DNA of 64,000 nt from Marispirochaeta sp. (lineage in GTDB: Bacteria; Spirochaetota; Spirochaetia; JC444; Marispirochaetaceae). Both the position numbers and the translations under genes were made by a program. A model generated the notes under the pieces. The model did no database searches. It had not been told where the DNA came from and saw only the letters and a program-made list of their open reading frames with translations. This document shows, piece by piece, positions 1-9,831 of this stretch (positions are counted from its first letter, which is position 1; every line of letters starts with the position of its first letter). The stretch is from positions 1,344,001-1,408,000 of the forward strand of contig CAXXFF010000002.1 in assembly GCA_963676835.2 (NCBI GenBank), in the 5' to 3' direction.

Positions 1-143
1 TACCCCATACTTTTGGTCCCTCGAAACATTACCCAGTGGGCGTTCTGGCTGCAGCCTGTCAGAGTTAAAAAGACAAACAGAAACGACAGTAAGTATAGGG
101 GAAAAATGGAAACGGGGATGAGTCTCCGGACTGACATTTTCAT
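1..143 (-). CDS. N-terminal part of a lipoprotein, possibly a PQQ-like beta-propeller protein (runs off window edge)
   Basis: Not in ORF track. Translated by hand: MKMSVRRLIPVSIFPLYLLSFLFVFLTLTGCSQNAHWVMFRG. Lipobox LTGC and a WxMFRG motif; start overlaps the stop of the transglutaminase gene (ATGA). Confidence 0.7.
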   Translation of the reverse strand, partial: MKMSVRRLIPVSIFPLYLLSFLFVFLTLTGCSQNAHWVMFRGTKSMG

Positions 144-2323
144 AAACTGCGTATCCCCTTCAATGTAAACATCCGTTTTATGGCGCCGCCTATTCCCCGG
201 CGCCGGTTTGCTCTTGCCACCCGGTAAAGCTCTTCTATCAGTTGATTTTTCATATACCGGCGGGAATCATCGTCCAGCCGTTCCCGAAACCTCAGTTCCT
301 GATACAGCCGGGCAAACTCTGCAAGTTCCGGAACGGTGGCTGTATATTCTCCGGGAGTTTCACTCTTTCTTTTTAAACGGACACCCTCGTTGGCCAGCAG
401 TATGACCAGAAGCTTTTCTGCCGCCAGCAAGCCTTCCCTGCCGTCCCTCAAGCTAATCCGGCGCAGGTACAGTTCCCGGCCGTACCTGTATGAATAGATA
501 CCGACTATAAGCAGCAGTATCAGCATCAGTGCTGTTTGACCAAGCAACCTCCAGGGTACCGCAAATTCACGGCCCTTTATGGTGCGGTCTTCAATGAGGG
601 GTATCACCACATCCTGGGAATTCGGGTCGCCCCCTGCTTCGGGGGGAATGGCAAACTGGGTGGTTTCAAAATCTATCCAGCCATAATCGGGCAGATAAAA
701 CTGGGTCCACGAGTGGCGGTGGGCACTGGTTACCAGGAACAGCTCTTCAAGGTCGAACTGCTGCAGCAGGGGAATGTTCTGCTGCAGATGATAGAGCCCC
801 TGCAGGTGGGAAAAGGTCTGCAGCCCTTCCGATGCCAGATATCCTGTAACAACCCTGCTGGGAATCCCTGCCATTCTGCCCAGGATTGCCGCAGTGTTGG
901 AGAATTCTGTGCAGTCACCGCTGCGGCTGATATCGAGAAAGTAGCCCATGGCATCAACCGAAACATCCTCTTCAAAACCGATCTCATATTGATACTCCGA
1001 GAATCCTCTGAGAATCTGAATAATCTTCTCTCCGGGACCCATATCGGGCTGAAGCACAGCATCGAGATAGGCCTGAAAAGGGGCTGCAGCTGTATCGTCC
1101 AGAGTAATTGACAGGTAGTCGGATAAATCCCTTTTCTCTCCCGGGCTGTAATCCCGTGCGTTAAACCATTCATAAGGATCCGCGGCGGATACAGCGGAGA
1201 TGCTTGGATACGAATAGGTAAAAGGAAAAACAGAACGGTCATAGATGGTGGGTTCTGCCGAGAGGGGCAGATAGGCCATCAGTCTGTCTGCAATGGTGGA
1301 AAGGACAAAAATGTCCGTACTGTAGCGTTCCTCATCCCAGGGAATATCAGAATTGTTCCATGTTTCAAGCAGCCTGCGGGAGACGATTCTGTTCAGGGGA
1401 AAGTCCTGTTCCATCTGGAATCCCCGGACAGAGTCAAAATGGCTGTAGTACCCTTCAGCCAGATAGGTTTCTGAAAGCGGAGAAGCCACCACGAGAACAG
1501 CGTACTGATTGCCCCCTTTCCCGTCACCTTCACCGTCTCTTCCGGCTTCTCCCCATTGGTCCGCTGGAAGCCCGTAGAGTCCGGGCTCTCCATTCTGCAT
1601 CCTGCGTCGGCCAAGTTCAGTCTCGCCCTGCATCCCGCCTCCGGGGGAGCCGTTTCCGTCCAGGGGTTTCGGTTCCGGCCGGGGAGGTTCGAAGAGCTGG
1701 TTGAACACAATGTTATGGCTGATAAAATCGGGAGGGACAAAAATTATGGCTGCGATAATGAGGGGAATACCCGCTCCAGCCAGGAGCAGGATTTCTTTTA
1801 CTTCGCCTTTTCTTTTTTTCTTGCTTGTCCGGGGCGATCGTACAGCCCGCATGGTTACCAGAAAATGTCCGGCCAGGGCTGCAATTCCGATAAACATCAG
1901 GCTTTGCGGGAGTCCACCGGCAGATAGTTCCGGGGAAATCCCCCGGGTAAAGTTGATCAGTCTCAGATACACTGCGGCAAGATAGAGAATTTCCGGCACC
2001 GCCGACCAGCGCCAGCGGAATCGGAATATAAATACCGTGGAGAGAAAGCTCCACACCCCGGCGGCGGTAAATATCAGCAGGTCGCCGGAGCCTGCGAAGA
2101 TCAGGGCCATTCCTGCCTGAATAATTGCCGCAACAATTAAAGCCCGCTTCCAGGAGCGTCCTTTACGGGTCAGAAAAAAGGCGGTCAGGGCCTGAGCCGG
2201 AATAAGCAGAAAATAGAGGCCCAGACCATATATGTCATAATTGATCACAACGCCGGGGTGATACCACGGGAGTCCCATGGCGGTCAGAAAAAGAATCAGC
2301 CGGAGTATGAGGCTCAGTATCAT
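140..2323 (-). CDS. Membrane-bound transglutaminase-like (TgpA-type) protein
   Basis: N-terminal TM helices; GDCTEF...GIPSRVVTGY, HRHSW and GWIDFETT motifs; downstream of MoxR and DUF58. Confidence 0.85.
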   Translation of the reverse strand: MILSLILRLILFLTAMGLPWYHPGVVINYDIYGLGLYFLLIPAQALTAFFLTRKGRSWKRALIVAAIIQAGMALIFAGSGDLLIFTAAGVWSFLSTVFIFRFRWRWSAVPEILYLAAVYLRLINFTRGISPELSAGGLPQSLMFIGIAALAGHFLVTMRAVRSPRTSKKKRKGEVKEILLLAGAGIPLIIAAIIFVPPDFISHNIVFNQLFEPPRPEPKPLDGNGSPGGGMQGETELGRRRMQNGEPGLYGLPADQWGEAGRDGEGDGKGGNQYAVLVVASPLSETYLAEGYYSHFDSVRGFQMEQDFPLNRIVSRRLLETWNNSDIPWDEERYSTDIFVLSTIADRLMAYLPLSAEPTIYDRSVFPFTYSYPSISAVSAADPYEWFNARDYSPGEKRDLSDYLSITLDDTAAAPFQAYLDAVLQPDMGPGEKIIQILRGFSEYQYEIGFEEDVSVDAMGYFLDISRSGDCTEFSNTAAILGRMAGIPSRVVTGYLASEGLQTFSHLQGLYHLQQNIPLLQQFDLEELFLVTSAHRHSWTQFYLPDYGWIDFETTQFAIPPEAGGDPNSQDVVIPLIEDRTIKGREFAVPWRLLGQTALMLILLLIVGIYSYRYGRELYLRRISLRDGREGLLAAEKLLVILLANEGVRLKRKSETPGEYTATVPELAEFARLYQELRFRERLDDDSRRYMKNQLIEELYRVARANRRRGIGGAIKRMFTLKGIRSL

Positions 2324-3606
2324 TCTGCTCCTCCTTCAAAAATCCGGACAGCCAGGATCTGGTTGTTTTTCCCCCGGGAAAGTTTTCTTTTCAGGCCGGA
2401 ATGTTTCCGGAAGGTGTTTAACAGCAGGCTGATCGACGGCCGGTCCTCGCCTTTAAAGCAGGGGTAGAGGCTCCATCCAAGTGTCCCGTCGGCCTTGGTT
2501 TCACTCTTGCCTGCGAGAGATGCGGAATGGAGGATAAACTCCGTTTTCGGGAATGCCTGATACAACCGGGAAAGCCCTTTATCCGGCGGCAGGGCAAACA
2601 GATATACCCGGCCTTCCGGAGGAAGTTCCGGTATTCGTGAACCCGGTTTGCTGAACCAGGTGTCTCCCAGGGTGATGGAAAAGTTTTCTATATCCTGTTC
2701 ATTTTCAAGAATATGCAGATCCGTATTGAGATTTACTTCTATCCTGAAATCAGGATGATGTTCGGTAATGCTGAGAATAAAGCTCATAACAGAAGATTTA
2801 AGATACTCTGATAGAACCAGAAGGAAAGGATCCGCCTGGGTCTGGTCCGAGTATAAACGGATACAGAGACTTATGGTTACCGTCTCTTCCTGTGCCATGG
2901 GGGAGATCCTGGTGTACAGTTTTCCGCCTCTTCCGGAAGATTTCCAGTTGATATCCCTGAAGCGGTCGCCGGGGACATATTCCCGCATATAATAGCGTTC
3001 CACGTCGCTCTCTTTCATTCGGTCTTTCTCTTCGGATCCCCGTTCGGCCACCCGGTATTTCAGGGGCTGGTTAATGATCCCCGGCTGTACCGGGAGGCTG
3101 CGTGTCTGTACTGAGCCGGAGCGGCTCCGGGTCAGGCCGAAGATATCTTCAACGGTAAAGGTCACTGAAGCATGAAAGGTGCCGCACTGGGGTAATGCCA
3201 GAGGAAATAGTTCTTCTTCTCCCGGCTTGATTCGAAGAGTCTGAAAGTGGCGGGAAAGTATGGTACTGCCCTGGACGAGGGGGCCTGTAAGGGTTGCCCT
3301 GAGTCGGAAGAATGGAAGAAGCCTGACTGATGCAGTCTCAAGGCTGTGGGGTGCTGCACCTTTGCCGGCAAATAGACGATGCCTGGTGTGCCAGACCAGC
3401 TGGTCGTCATCTATCCGGGATGCCTGGATTTTTGCGGCTGCTGAAAAAAGGGTAATAAGTCCCAGACCGGATATGGAAATCAGATAGCCGTAGGGGTTGC
3501 CTGTGGCGAAAGAACTCCCCAGAACAAGGAAAAGGCCTGCTGCTGCCGGAACGCCAAGTATGGTCAGGGGAAAATAGCGGGAATACAGTTCGGCTGCTCT
3601 ATTCAT
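2320..3606 (-). CDS. DUF58 domain protein
   Basis: MREYVPGDRFRDINWKSSGR motif; DIFGL; lies between MoxR and transglutaminase genes. Confidence 0.85.
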   Translation of the reverse strand: MNRAAELYSRYFPLTILGVPAAAGLFLVLGSSFATGNPYGYLISISGLGLITLFSAAAKIQASRIDDDQLVWHTRHRLFAGKGAAPHSLETASVRLLPFFRLRATLTGPLVQGSTILSRHFQTLRIKPGEEELFPLALPQCGTFHASVTFTVEDIFGLTRSRSGSVQTRSLPVQPGIINQPLKYRVAERGSEEKDRMKESDVERYYMREYVPGDRFRDINWKSSGRGGKLYTRISPMAQEETVTISLCIRLYSDQTQADPFLLVLSEYLKSSVMSFILSITEHHPDFRIEVNLNTDLHILENEQDIENFSITLGDTWFSKPGSRIPELPPEGRVYLFALPPDKGLSRLYQAFPKTEFILHSASLAGKSETKADGTLGWSLYPCFKGEDRPSISLLLNTFRKHSGLKRKLSRGKNNQILAVRIFEGGAE

Positions 3607-3621
3607 AAAACAGCTCCGGAG

Positions 3622-4641
3622 CTAAAACGCTGCCTTCCGGCCGGGTGCGACCGGTGTTGCCTTGAGAATCTCCCTGAGCACTGTATCTCTGGGGCGGTCC
3701 GGATCGTGAAGGGTTATTCTGTGGGCCAGAGCAGTGGTAAACAGCTCTTTAACCGTATCCTGGGAGACAAAATCCTGTCCCCGGAGCAGGCTTAAGGCCC
3801 GGGCAAGCCGGGAAAGCTTAACCCCGGTACGGGGCGAGGCCGGGGTGGAAATTTCCGGATGTACCCGGGTTGCCCGGATCAGTCGTACTATATATTCCGC
3901 AATGTCGCTGTGAACGCTTATTTCGTCCACCATTGCCTGCCAGTGAAGCAGCTGTCCGGAGGGTGTTACGGGTTTGAAGTTCTTCCAGCCGTCGGTTCTT
4001 CCGTGTTGCTGGAGAATTGATATTTCATCCTCCTCGCTGGGAAAGCCCAGGGAGAGCTGGATCATAAAACGGTCCAGCTGGGGAGCCGGAAGGGGAAAAA
4101 GGTGGGCACCTTTGAGGTTCATAGTGGCGATTATGAAAAACGGGGAAGGAAGGGTGTAGGTTCTGCCTTCAACTGAGACCATCTGCTCTTCCATTGCCTG
4201 AAAGAAAGACCCTTGGGTTTTCGGTGTAAGCAGATTTATTTCGTCGCAGAGAACAAAATGGGCAAATATGGGGCCCTTGTTAAAAGTCAGTTCGTTCTCT
4301 TTGCCGCTGATTCTGGTATAGCCGATAATATCCTGGGGCAGAAGATCAACGGTAGACTGGATTCTCGAAAAGGGGTCCATGGCAATTGCGCCGGAGGATA
4401 CGTTCTCTTCTTCCCATATAATGGAGCCTGCCAGGGCCCGGGCCAGGGATGTTTTTCCCACTCCATGGGAGTCGGCCAGTATTACATGTCCACCTGCGAT
4501 TTTTGCTGCCAGCAGGTATTCAAGTTTTATACGGTCCATGAAGATGACGGAGCGGATATTCTCAAAAAGAGCTTCAATCTCTTCGGGAACTGCCTGGATT
4601 GACGCTGCAGGGGAGGAAGTTGAAACTTCTGAACTCATCAC
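3622..4641 (-). CDS. moxR: MoxR-family AAA+ ATPase
   Basis: GHVIL..HGVGKT, RIQSTVDLLPQDIIG, DEIN, AMEEQMVSVEG, PLPAPQLDRF, SPR. Confidence 0.9.
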   Translation of the reverse strand: MMSSEVSTSSPAASIQAVPEEIEALFENIRSVIFMDRIKLEYLLAAKIAGGHVILADSHGVGKTSLARALAGSIIWEEENVSSGAIAMDPFSRIQSTVDLLPQDIIGYTRISGKENELTFNKGPIFAHFVLCDEINLLTPKTQGSFFQAMEEQMVSVEGRTYTLPSPFFIIATMNLKGAHLFPLPAPQLDRFMIQLSLGFPSEEDEISILQQHGRTDGWKNFKPVTPSGQLLHWQAMVDEISVHSDIAEYIVRLIRATRVHPEISTPASPRTGVKLSRLARALSLLRGQDFVSQDTVKELFTTALAHRITLHDPDRPRDTVLREILKATPVAPGRKAAF

Positions 4642-4774
4642 ATTTCCTGTTTTCCGCAGTCATAAGCCGCGGTTATTTTTCCTTCGTTTATGCTGGTTAA
4701 TGTACACAGACGGAGACGAAAAAGAAAGGGTCCGTACCCTTTTGGCGTTCTATCTGTAGCTCTACATCTGCATT

Positions 4775-5359
4775 TCAGGAGAGCTTTCGGAGCCTCTTTA
4801 TAAAGAAGAGGGGGTCATCCTTGACGGACTTTTCCAGCTTGTCGAAGGATTCCTTGTCTTCCGAGGCTGCCCCGGAAAGTACCAGAGTATTCTGTCGCCA
4901 GCGGAACCAGAGGTAATGCTTCTGGGTAATATTGCGTATTTTTGCCTGGTAACATCTCTGCTCAAGATACCTGTCCAGCTCTATATGGTTTTCCGTGCCC
5001 GTAAGATAATAGAGGTTATCCTGAGTTATATACATAACCATGCGCTTGAATCCTTCTGCAATAGCATCGTCATGACGGAATCCTTCTGTTTTTAACTGAA
5101 ACGCCCCCAGCCTGACGTCATAACCCATCTTTCTTAATGTGCCGCGAAACTCGATGATCTCTTTGCGGACCTGATCCACAACATTGGGATCCCGGCGGGA
5201 TGTTTCCAGCTGTCTGCGCCATTTTCTTAAAGTGTTTTCGTAGCGGTGAAATACCTTGGTGGAGGAGAGAAAGATTGTTGTGTCTGAAAGCAGCCGCCAT
5301 GCAGATGAGAACCTTTCAGCAAGGCTGTTCATCAACTGGTCGACTTTTTTTCTTGCCAT
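4775..5359 (-). CDS. Hypothetical protein (194 aa, basic)
   Basis: Long ORF; start moved to MARKK, which follows AAGGTGG; no family recognised. Confidence 0.7.
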   Translation of the reverse strand: MARKKVDQLMNSLAERFSSAWRLLSDTTIFLSSTKVFHRYENTLRKWRRQLETSRRDPNVVDQVRKEIIEFRGTLRKMGYDVRLGAFQLKTEGFRHDDAIAEGFKRMVMYITQDNLYYLTGTENHIELDRYLEQRCYQAKIRNITQKHYLWFRWRQNTLVLSGAASEDKESFDKLEKSVKDDPLFFIKRLRKLS

Positions 5360-5387
5360 GTACCACCTTCTACCCCATAGTATACAC

Positions 5388-6113
5388 ATGCGGCTCCTTG
5401 TTATCTCTGATATTCATGCAAATTTCACGGCCTTACAGGCAGTTTTGGCCGATTCTGCAGGAAAGTGGGATGAGGTTATCTGTCTCGGTGACATTGTCGG
5501 TTACGGCCCCCGGCCGAATGAGTGTATTGAGACCATTGTATCTCTGCCTTCGCTTGCTGTCCCGGGAAATCATGACTGGGCAGCAATTGGCAGAATTGAT
5601 CTTGATTTTTTTAATCCCCATGCCCGGCAGGCCGTGGAGTGGACCCGGGATCAGCTTTCCTCTGAAAGTCATGCATGGATCTCTTCGCTGCGGCCTATGG
5701 TCATTACCGGTGATATTACCCTGTTTCATGGTTCTCCGGTTGAACCGGTAACCGACTATATTCTTAACATTGTAGATGCCTATGGAGCTTTTGATCTTCT
5801 GGAAACATCCATAGGGCTCTTCGGTCACAGCCATATTGATGCAGCTTTCCGCCGCGCTAAAGCGGGCTCCATCCGCAGCATCTCCTCCAGGAAAAAGTTC
5901 AGAATGAACCGTGACTGCGGATATCTGCTTAACCCTGGAAGTGTGGGGCAGCCCAGATCCGGTGACCCCAGAGCGGCATATGCAATTTTTGACACCGAAA
6001 AGCTGAAATGGGATCCCTTCCGGGTCTCTTATGATATCAAGAATGTACAGAAAAGGATGCATGATCGGGGGCTTCCCGATTATCTTATACAACGCCTTGC
6101 TGTCGGCCGTTGA
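5388..6113 (+). CDS. Calcineurin-like metallophosphoesterase
   Basis: ISDIHAN, LGDIVGYG, GNHD, HGSP, GHSH, NPGSVGQPR motifs; start moved to MRLLVISD. Confidence 0.9.
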   Translation: MRLLVISDIHANFTALQAVLADSAGKWDEVICLGDIVGYGPRPNECIETIVSLPSLAVPGNHDWAAIGRIDLDFFNPHARQAVEWTRDQLSSESHAWISSLRPMVITGDITLFHGSPVEPVTDYILNIVDAYGAFDLLETSIGLFGHSHIDAAFRRAKAGSIRSISSRKKFRMNRDCGYLLNPGSVGQPRSGDPRAAYAIFDTEKLKWDPFRVSYDIKNVQKRMHDRGLPDYLIQRLAVGR

Positions 6114-6119
6114 CCCGGC

Positions 6120-7826
6120 TTATTGCGGGAACCAGATGCGTACCCTGCCTCCGGGAGCGTTGTCGATGCTGAATCGTCCCTGAAGCTGCTGGGTGAGGGT
6201 TTGAACAAGGATCATTCCAAGAGACTGCCTGTCGTTATCCTGAAAGTTTTCCGGAAAACCGGGCCCGTCATCCATAACCGTTAGCAGATTCTCCCCATCC
6301 TCCGAACGGAGAGTGAGGTCGAGATTGATAGGCTGTCCGGGAGTTCCTGCATATTTCACCGCATTGGTTATCAGTTCACTGATCATCAGTGCCAGAGGTA
6401 CTGCTTTGTCTATGGAAATTTCCATGGGCTCAACGGTATTTCTGATTCTGAGGTCGGGAAAGAATCCTCCGGTCATATTTGCCAGCCGGGGAAGGAATGC
6501 GCTCATTTCGACGGTTGCAAAAGAGTTGGCCAGATACATCATCTCATGAACACTTGATATGGCCAGAATGCGGTTTTCCAGTTGTCGGGCAAACTCCTGC
6601 AGGTCTGTGGTGTTGCTTTTTTCAAGATGCAGTATGCTGGTAATTATCTGCAGATTATTTTTTACCCTGTGGTGTATCTCTTTCAGAAGAATCTCTCGTT
6701 CTGACAGGGCTTCACTCAGCCGTTTTTCTGTTTCGTCTCTTTCTGTATTCCGTTTGTTCAGGATTTCCACCATGTTATCCATGGCCATCGCCACTTCCGT
6801 AATTTCCCTGGTTCCTCTCTTTATGCCTGTACGAACAGAGAGATTGCCCCGTTGAATTTCCGAAACAGTGGAGGTGAGAATCCTGAAGTTTCTTCCCACG
6901 GCGAGATGGCTTAAGATCCCGGCGATAAGAATGCTCAGTGCCGCCACTGCAGTAATAAGCGCCGTGTTCCTGTAGAGAATAAGCATGGCAGGTTTTTTTA
7001 CCGCTTCGTCTGGTATGCCTAGGACCATAGTCATGCAGGCGTCTGCCTCACCGGATATGTAGAGCCGTTTGTAGGTGTATGTTCTGGCAATCCCGTCTGA
7101 CCCGGTTGTGTGCAGGCTGCCGCTGTTTCCGTTATCCTGAAAATCCTGCCAGGCCGTCGCTTTAATCTTCTGCCCCACCTGATTTGTCTGTGTGTCCGGG
7201 TAGTAGAACAGGCGGATCCCATTGCGGTCGAGAATAGACATCATCGAATCGGACGGCAGATTCAACCGTTGGAAAAGAACGCTGTAACTGGAGAGCCGGT
7301 AGACGGCTGTCAAGACACCGATTACCTCTCCGCTGCTGCTGAGAACTGTCTGGGCATAACTGAAAGCCGGTTCCTGGTCTGTCCTGGTTAAAATGTATTC
7401 GCCAGTGGTAAACCCCATTCCGGAAAGAGCCTGTTTTACATGAAGCCGCTGGGAGAGATCGATACCGCTGGAAAGCCGTGAAGATGAACGTACAATACCT
7501 GCAGTGTCGGTAAAGGCAAAGTTGTTGTATTCGGGGTTCGCGTTAAGAATTTTCTGCAGTATCAGAGACTGGGCGGGGTAGTCACTATTCTGAAATACCG
7601 GCTGTACCGCCAGGGTGTTAAGAAGCTGGCGAACCGAGTCGGTTACGGTTGTCTGGGTCATGGAGAGGGTTTCAATCTGCCCTTTGGACGAGTCTCTCAT
7701 CCATTGCTCTTTGTCTACCGCATGGTCCCAGCCGGAAAAAATAATAATTCCCAGAGCCGGCAGTGTGGCTACTGCTGTAATCAGCAGAAAGAGAATCTGG
7801 AATGGAATATGTCTTTTTCTTTTCAT
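6120..7826 (-). CDS. Sensor histidine kinase (dCache-HAMP-HisKA_2-HATPase)
   Basis: Two TM helices around a Cache-like domain; LLKEIHHRVKNNLQ, ELITNAVKY, DDGPG, SLGM; start MKRKRH assumed. Confidence 0.85.
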   Translation of the reverse strand: MKRKRHIPFQILFLLITAVATLPALGIIIFSGWDHAVDKEQWMRDSSKGQIETLSMTQTTVTDSVRQLLNTLAVQPVFQNSDYPAQSLILQKILNANPEYNNFAFTDTAGIVRSSSRLSSGIDLSQRLHVKQALSGMGFTTGEYILTRTDQEPAFSYAQTVLSSSGEVIGVLTAVYRLSSYSVLFQRLNLPSDSMMSILDRNGIRLFYYPDTQTNQVGQKIKATAWQDFQDNGNSGSLHTTGSDGIARTYTYKRLYISGEADACMTMVLGIPDEAVKKPAMLILYRNTALITAVAALSILIAGILSHLAVGRNFRILTSTVSEIQRGNLSVRTGIKRGTREITEVAMAMDNMVEILNKRNTERDETEKRLSEALSEREILLKEIHHRVKNNLQIITSILHLEKSNTTDLQEFARQLENRILAISSVHEMMYLANSFATVEMSAFLPRLANMTGGFFPDLRIRNTVEPMEISIDKAVPLALMISELITNAVKYAGTPGQPINLDLTLRSEDGENLLTVMDDGPGFPENFQDNDRQSLGMILVQTLTQQLQGRFSIDNAPGGRVRIWFPQ

Positions 7827-7911
7827 ATTAACTCTTTCAGATACTGAGACGATACCATTAATTATAGAGAAAAAGTACAAATTGGAAAGATCCATCGGCT
7901 CTTTTCTCTGT

Positions 7912-9831
7912 TCACCCCAGAAAAAAAGTTGAGATCAGCGGAACGTAGGTAATCAGCAGAACCAGTATCAGCAAAATTAAAAAGAAGGGCAGAACGTTCC
8001 GGTAGATCTTCAGAAGCGGCTCTTCAAAGCGGTAGGATGCAAGAAAGAGATTAAGGCCTACAGGCGGCGTAAGGTAGCCAAGTTCAAGATTTGCCAGAAA
8101 AATTATTCCTAAATGCACCGGATGAATACCGAATACCTCTCCAAGGGGGGTAATCAGGGGGACCACAACAATAATTGCGGAAAAGATGTCCATCAGGCAG
8201 CCTGTAATCAGCAGCGCCAGGTTCAGCAGTATAAGAAAAACATATTTTGAGCTGATGTTGAGGGTAACCCAGTGGCTGAATCGCATGGGGATTTCCGCAT
8301 CTACCAGGTAATACGACAATCCTTTAGCCATAGCCATTATGATCAGAATCCCGCCGATTATAGAGATGCTTTTCATGCTGACAGCAATGAGGTCTTTAGG
8401 GTGAAGATCGCGGTGAATCAGGGTTTCGATAATCAGGGCAAAGACTGCTGCCAGAGCCGCCGTTTCCGCGATGGTGGTGATGCCCCGGAAATAGGCAACA
8501 AGAACTGTCAGCGGCAGGAAAATCTCCCAAACCGCTTCTTTGAGGGAGGTTGTTATCTCTTTTATGCTGAAGTCCCTGCGGGGCATACCCCGGTGGATGG
8601 CGGTAGCCACTCCGGCTGCCGAAAGTGCAGAAACCAGCAGCAGCCCCGGAAGCAGGCCGCCGACAAACATGTCCCGGATGCTTACCTGGGCGACTACGCC
8701 GTAGAGGATAATCGGCAGGCTCGGGGGAAAGAGCAGCCCGATACTGCCCGAGGCTGTGAGCAGGCCGGTGCTGAAATTCTTTGAGTATCCGCCGCTTTTG
8801 GTCAGCATAAAGGAGAGCAGGGCTCCCAGGGCCAGGATGGTCACCCCCGATGCTCCGGTAAAGGTGGTGAAAAATGCACTTACGGCTACGGCAAGAATGG
8901 CCAAGCCTCCGGGGAGCCATCCTAACAGTGCCTGAAAAAGCCGGACCAGCCGCTCTCCTGCCCTGCTTTCGGAGAGAACAAATCCTGCCAGGGTAAAGAG
9001 GGGGATCGCCGGCAGGCTGCTGCCTGTAAGAACCGTATAGGCTTCATTGGGAAGTATTTCCAGAGGTGCGCCTGCACCGGCAAACAGGAGGTATCCTATA
9101 CCTCCGAGAACGATAAATATGGGTATCCCCAGAAATGCTGCCACGGTCATTACAAGAATCAGGGGACCGGACACTACTGCCATTCCGGCATAATAGCTAT
9201 CGAGGAAGGAGTAAAAATCCATGGGCATATCCGGCCAGTAGAGGGAAAGGATATTTACGGCCGCTGGAAAAGCGAGGATGATACCCGGGATTATGGCTGT
9301 GCCGGCAAGTATTTTCCCCCTGTTTCCCGGTATGGAGCGGAGTGAGAAAAAGGCCATTCCAATAAAGCCTGCGGGCATGACCGCTGTAATAACCTGCACC
9401 GGGAAAATGCCTGTTCTGCTGTCCGGGTCGAAGCCCAGCAGAATAAACGAGAGTGCGGTGAGGGCAAAGGCGCTGATAAAGAGGACCGAGATGAAGCCTT
9501 CTGCGATGTTGAGAATGGAGGCTGTTCGCCCGCTTAGAAGATCAACCCCCGCACGCAGAGAGAGATGCTTGTCTTCTCTGGAGGTTATTACGCCACCCAG
9601 AAATGTTATCCAGAGCACCAGGTGATACATGTAGTCTGACGCTCCGGGAATGCCTGTGCTGAACAGCTTTCGAAGCAGAGTTTCCAGGAATGGAATAACA
9701 GTAAGAAGGAACAGAATAAGGATTGAGAGGATAGTCAAAAATGAATGATCTTCTCTGCCTGTTTCCCCCGGGCCGGGATTGTTATTCACTTTTTTTTGTG
9801 ACCTTATGCTGTTGATGGAAGGCTTATTCAT
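7912..9831 (-). CDS. TRAP transporter fused small/large permease (DctQM)
   Basis: AIPLFTLAG, GSIGLLFPPSLP, LTPPVGLNLF; N-terminal DctQ-like region. Confidence 0.9.
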   Translation of the reverse strand: MNKPSINSIRSQKKVNNNPGPGETGREDHSFLTILSILILFLLTVIPFLETLLRKLFSTGIPGASDYMYHLVLWITFLGGVITSREDKHLSLRAGVDLLSGRTASILNIAEGFISVLFISAFALTALSFILLGFDPDSRTGIFPVQVITAVMPAGFIGMAFFSLRSIPGNRGKILAGTAIIPGIILAFPAAVNILSLYWPDMPMDFYSFLDSYYAGMAVVSGPLILVMTVAAFLGIPIFIVLGGIGYLLFAGAGAPLEILPNEAYTVLTGSSLPAIPLFTLAGFVLSESRAGERLVRLFQALLGWLPGGLAILAVAVSAFFTTFTGASGVTILALGALLSFMLTKSGGYSKNFSTGLLTASGSIGLLFPPSLPIILYGVVAQVSIRDMFVGGLLPGLLLVSALSAAGVATAIHRGMPRRDFSIKEITTSLKEAVWEIFLPLTVLVAYFRGITTIAETAALAAVFALIIETLIHRDLHPKDLIAVSMKSISIIGGILIIMAMAKGLSYYLVDAEIPMRFSHWVTLNISSKYVFLILLNLALLITGCLMDIFSAIIVVVPLITPLGEVFGIHPVHLGIIFLANLELGYLTPPVGLNLFLASYRFEEPLLKIYRNVLPFFLILLILVLLITYVPLISTFFLG

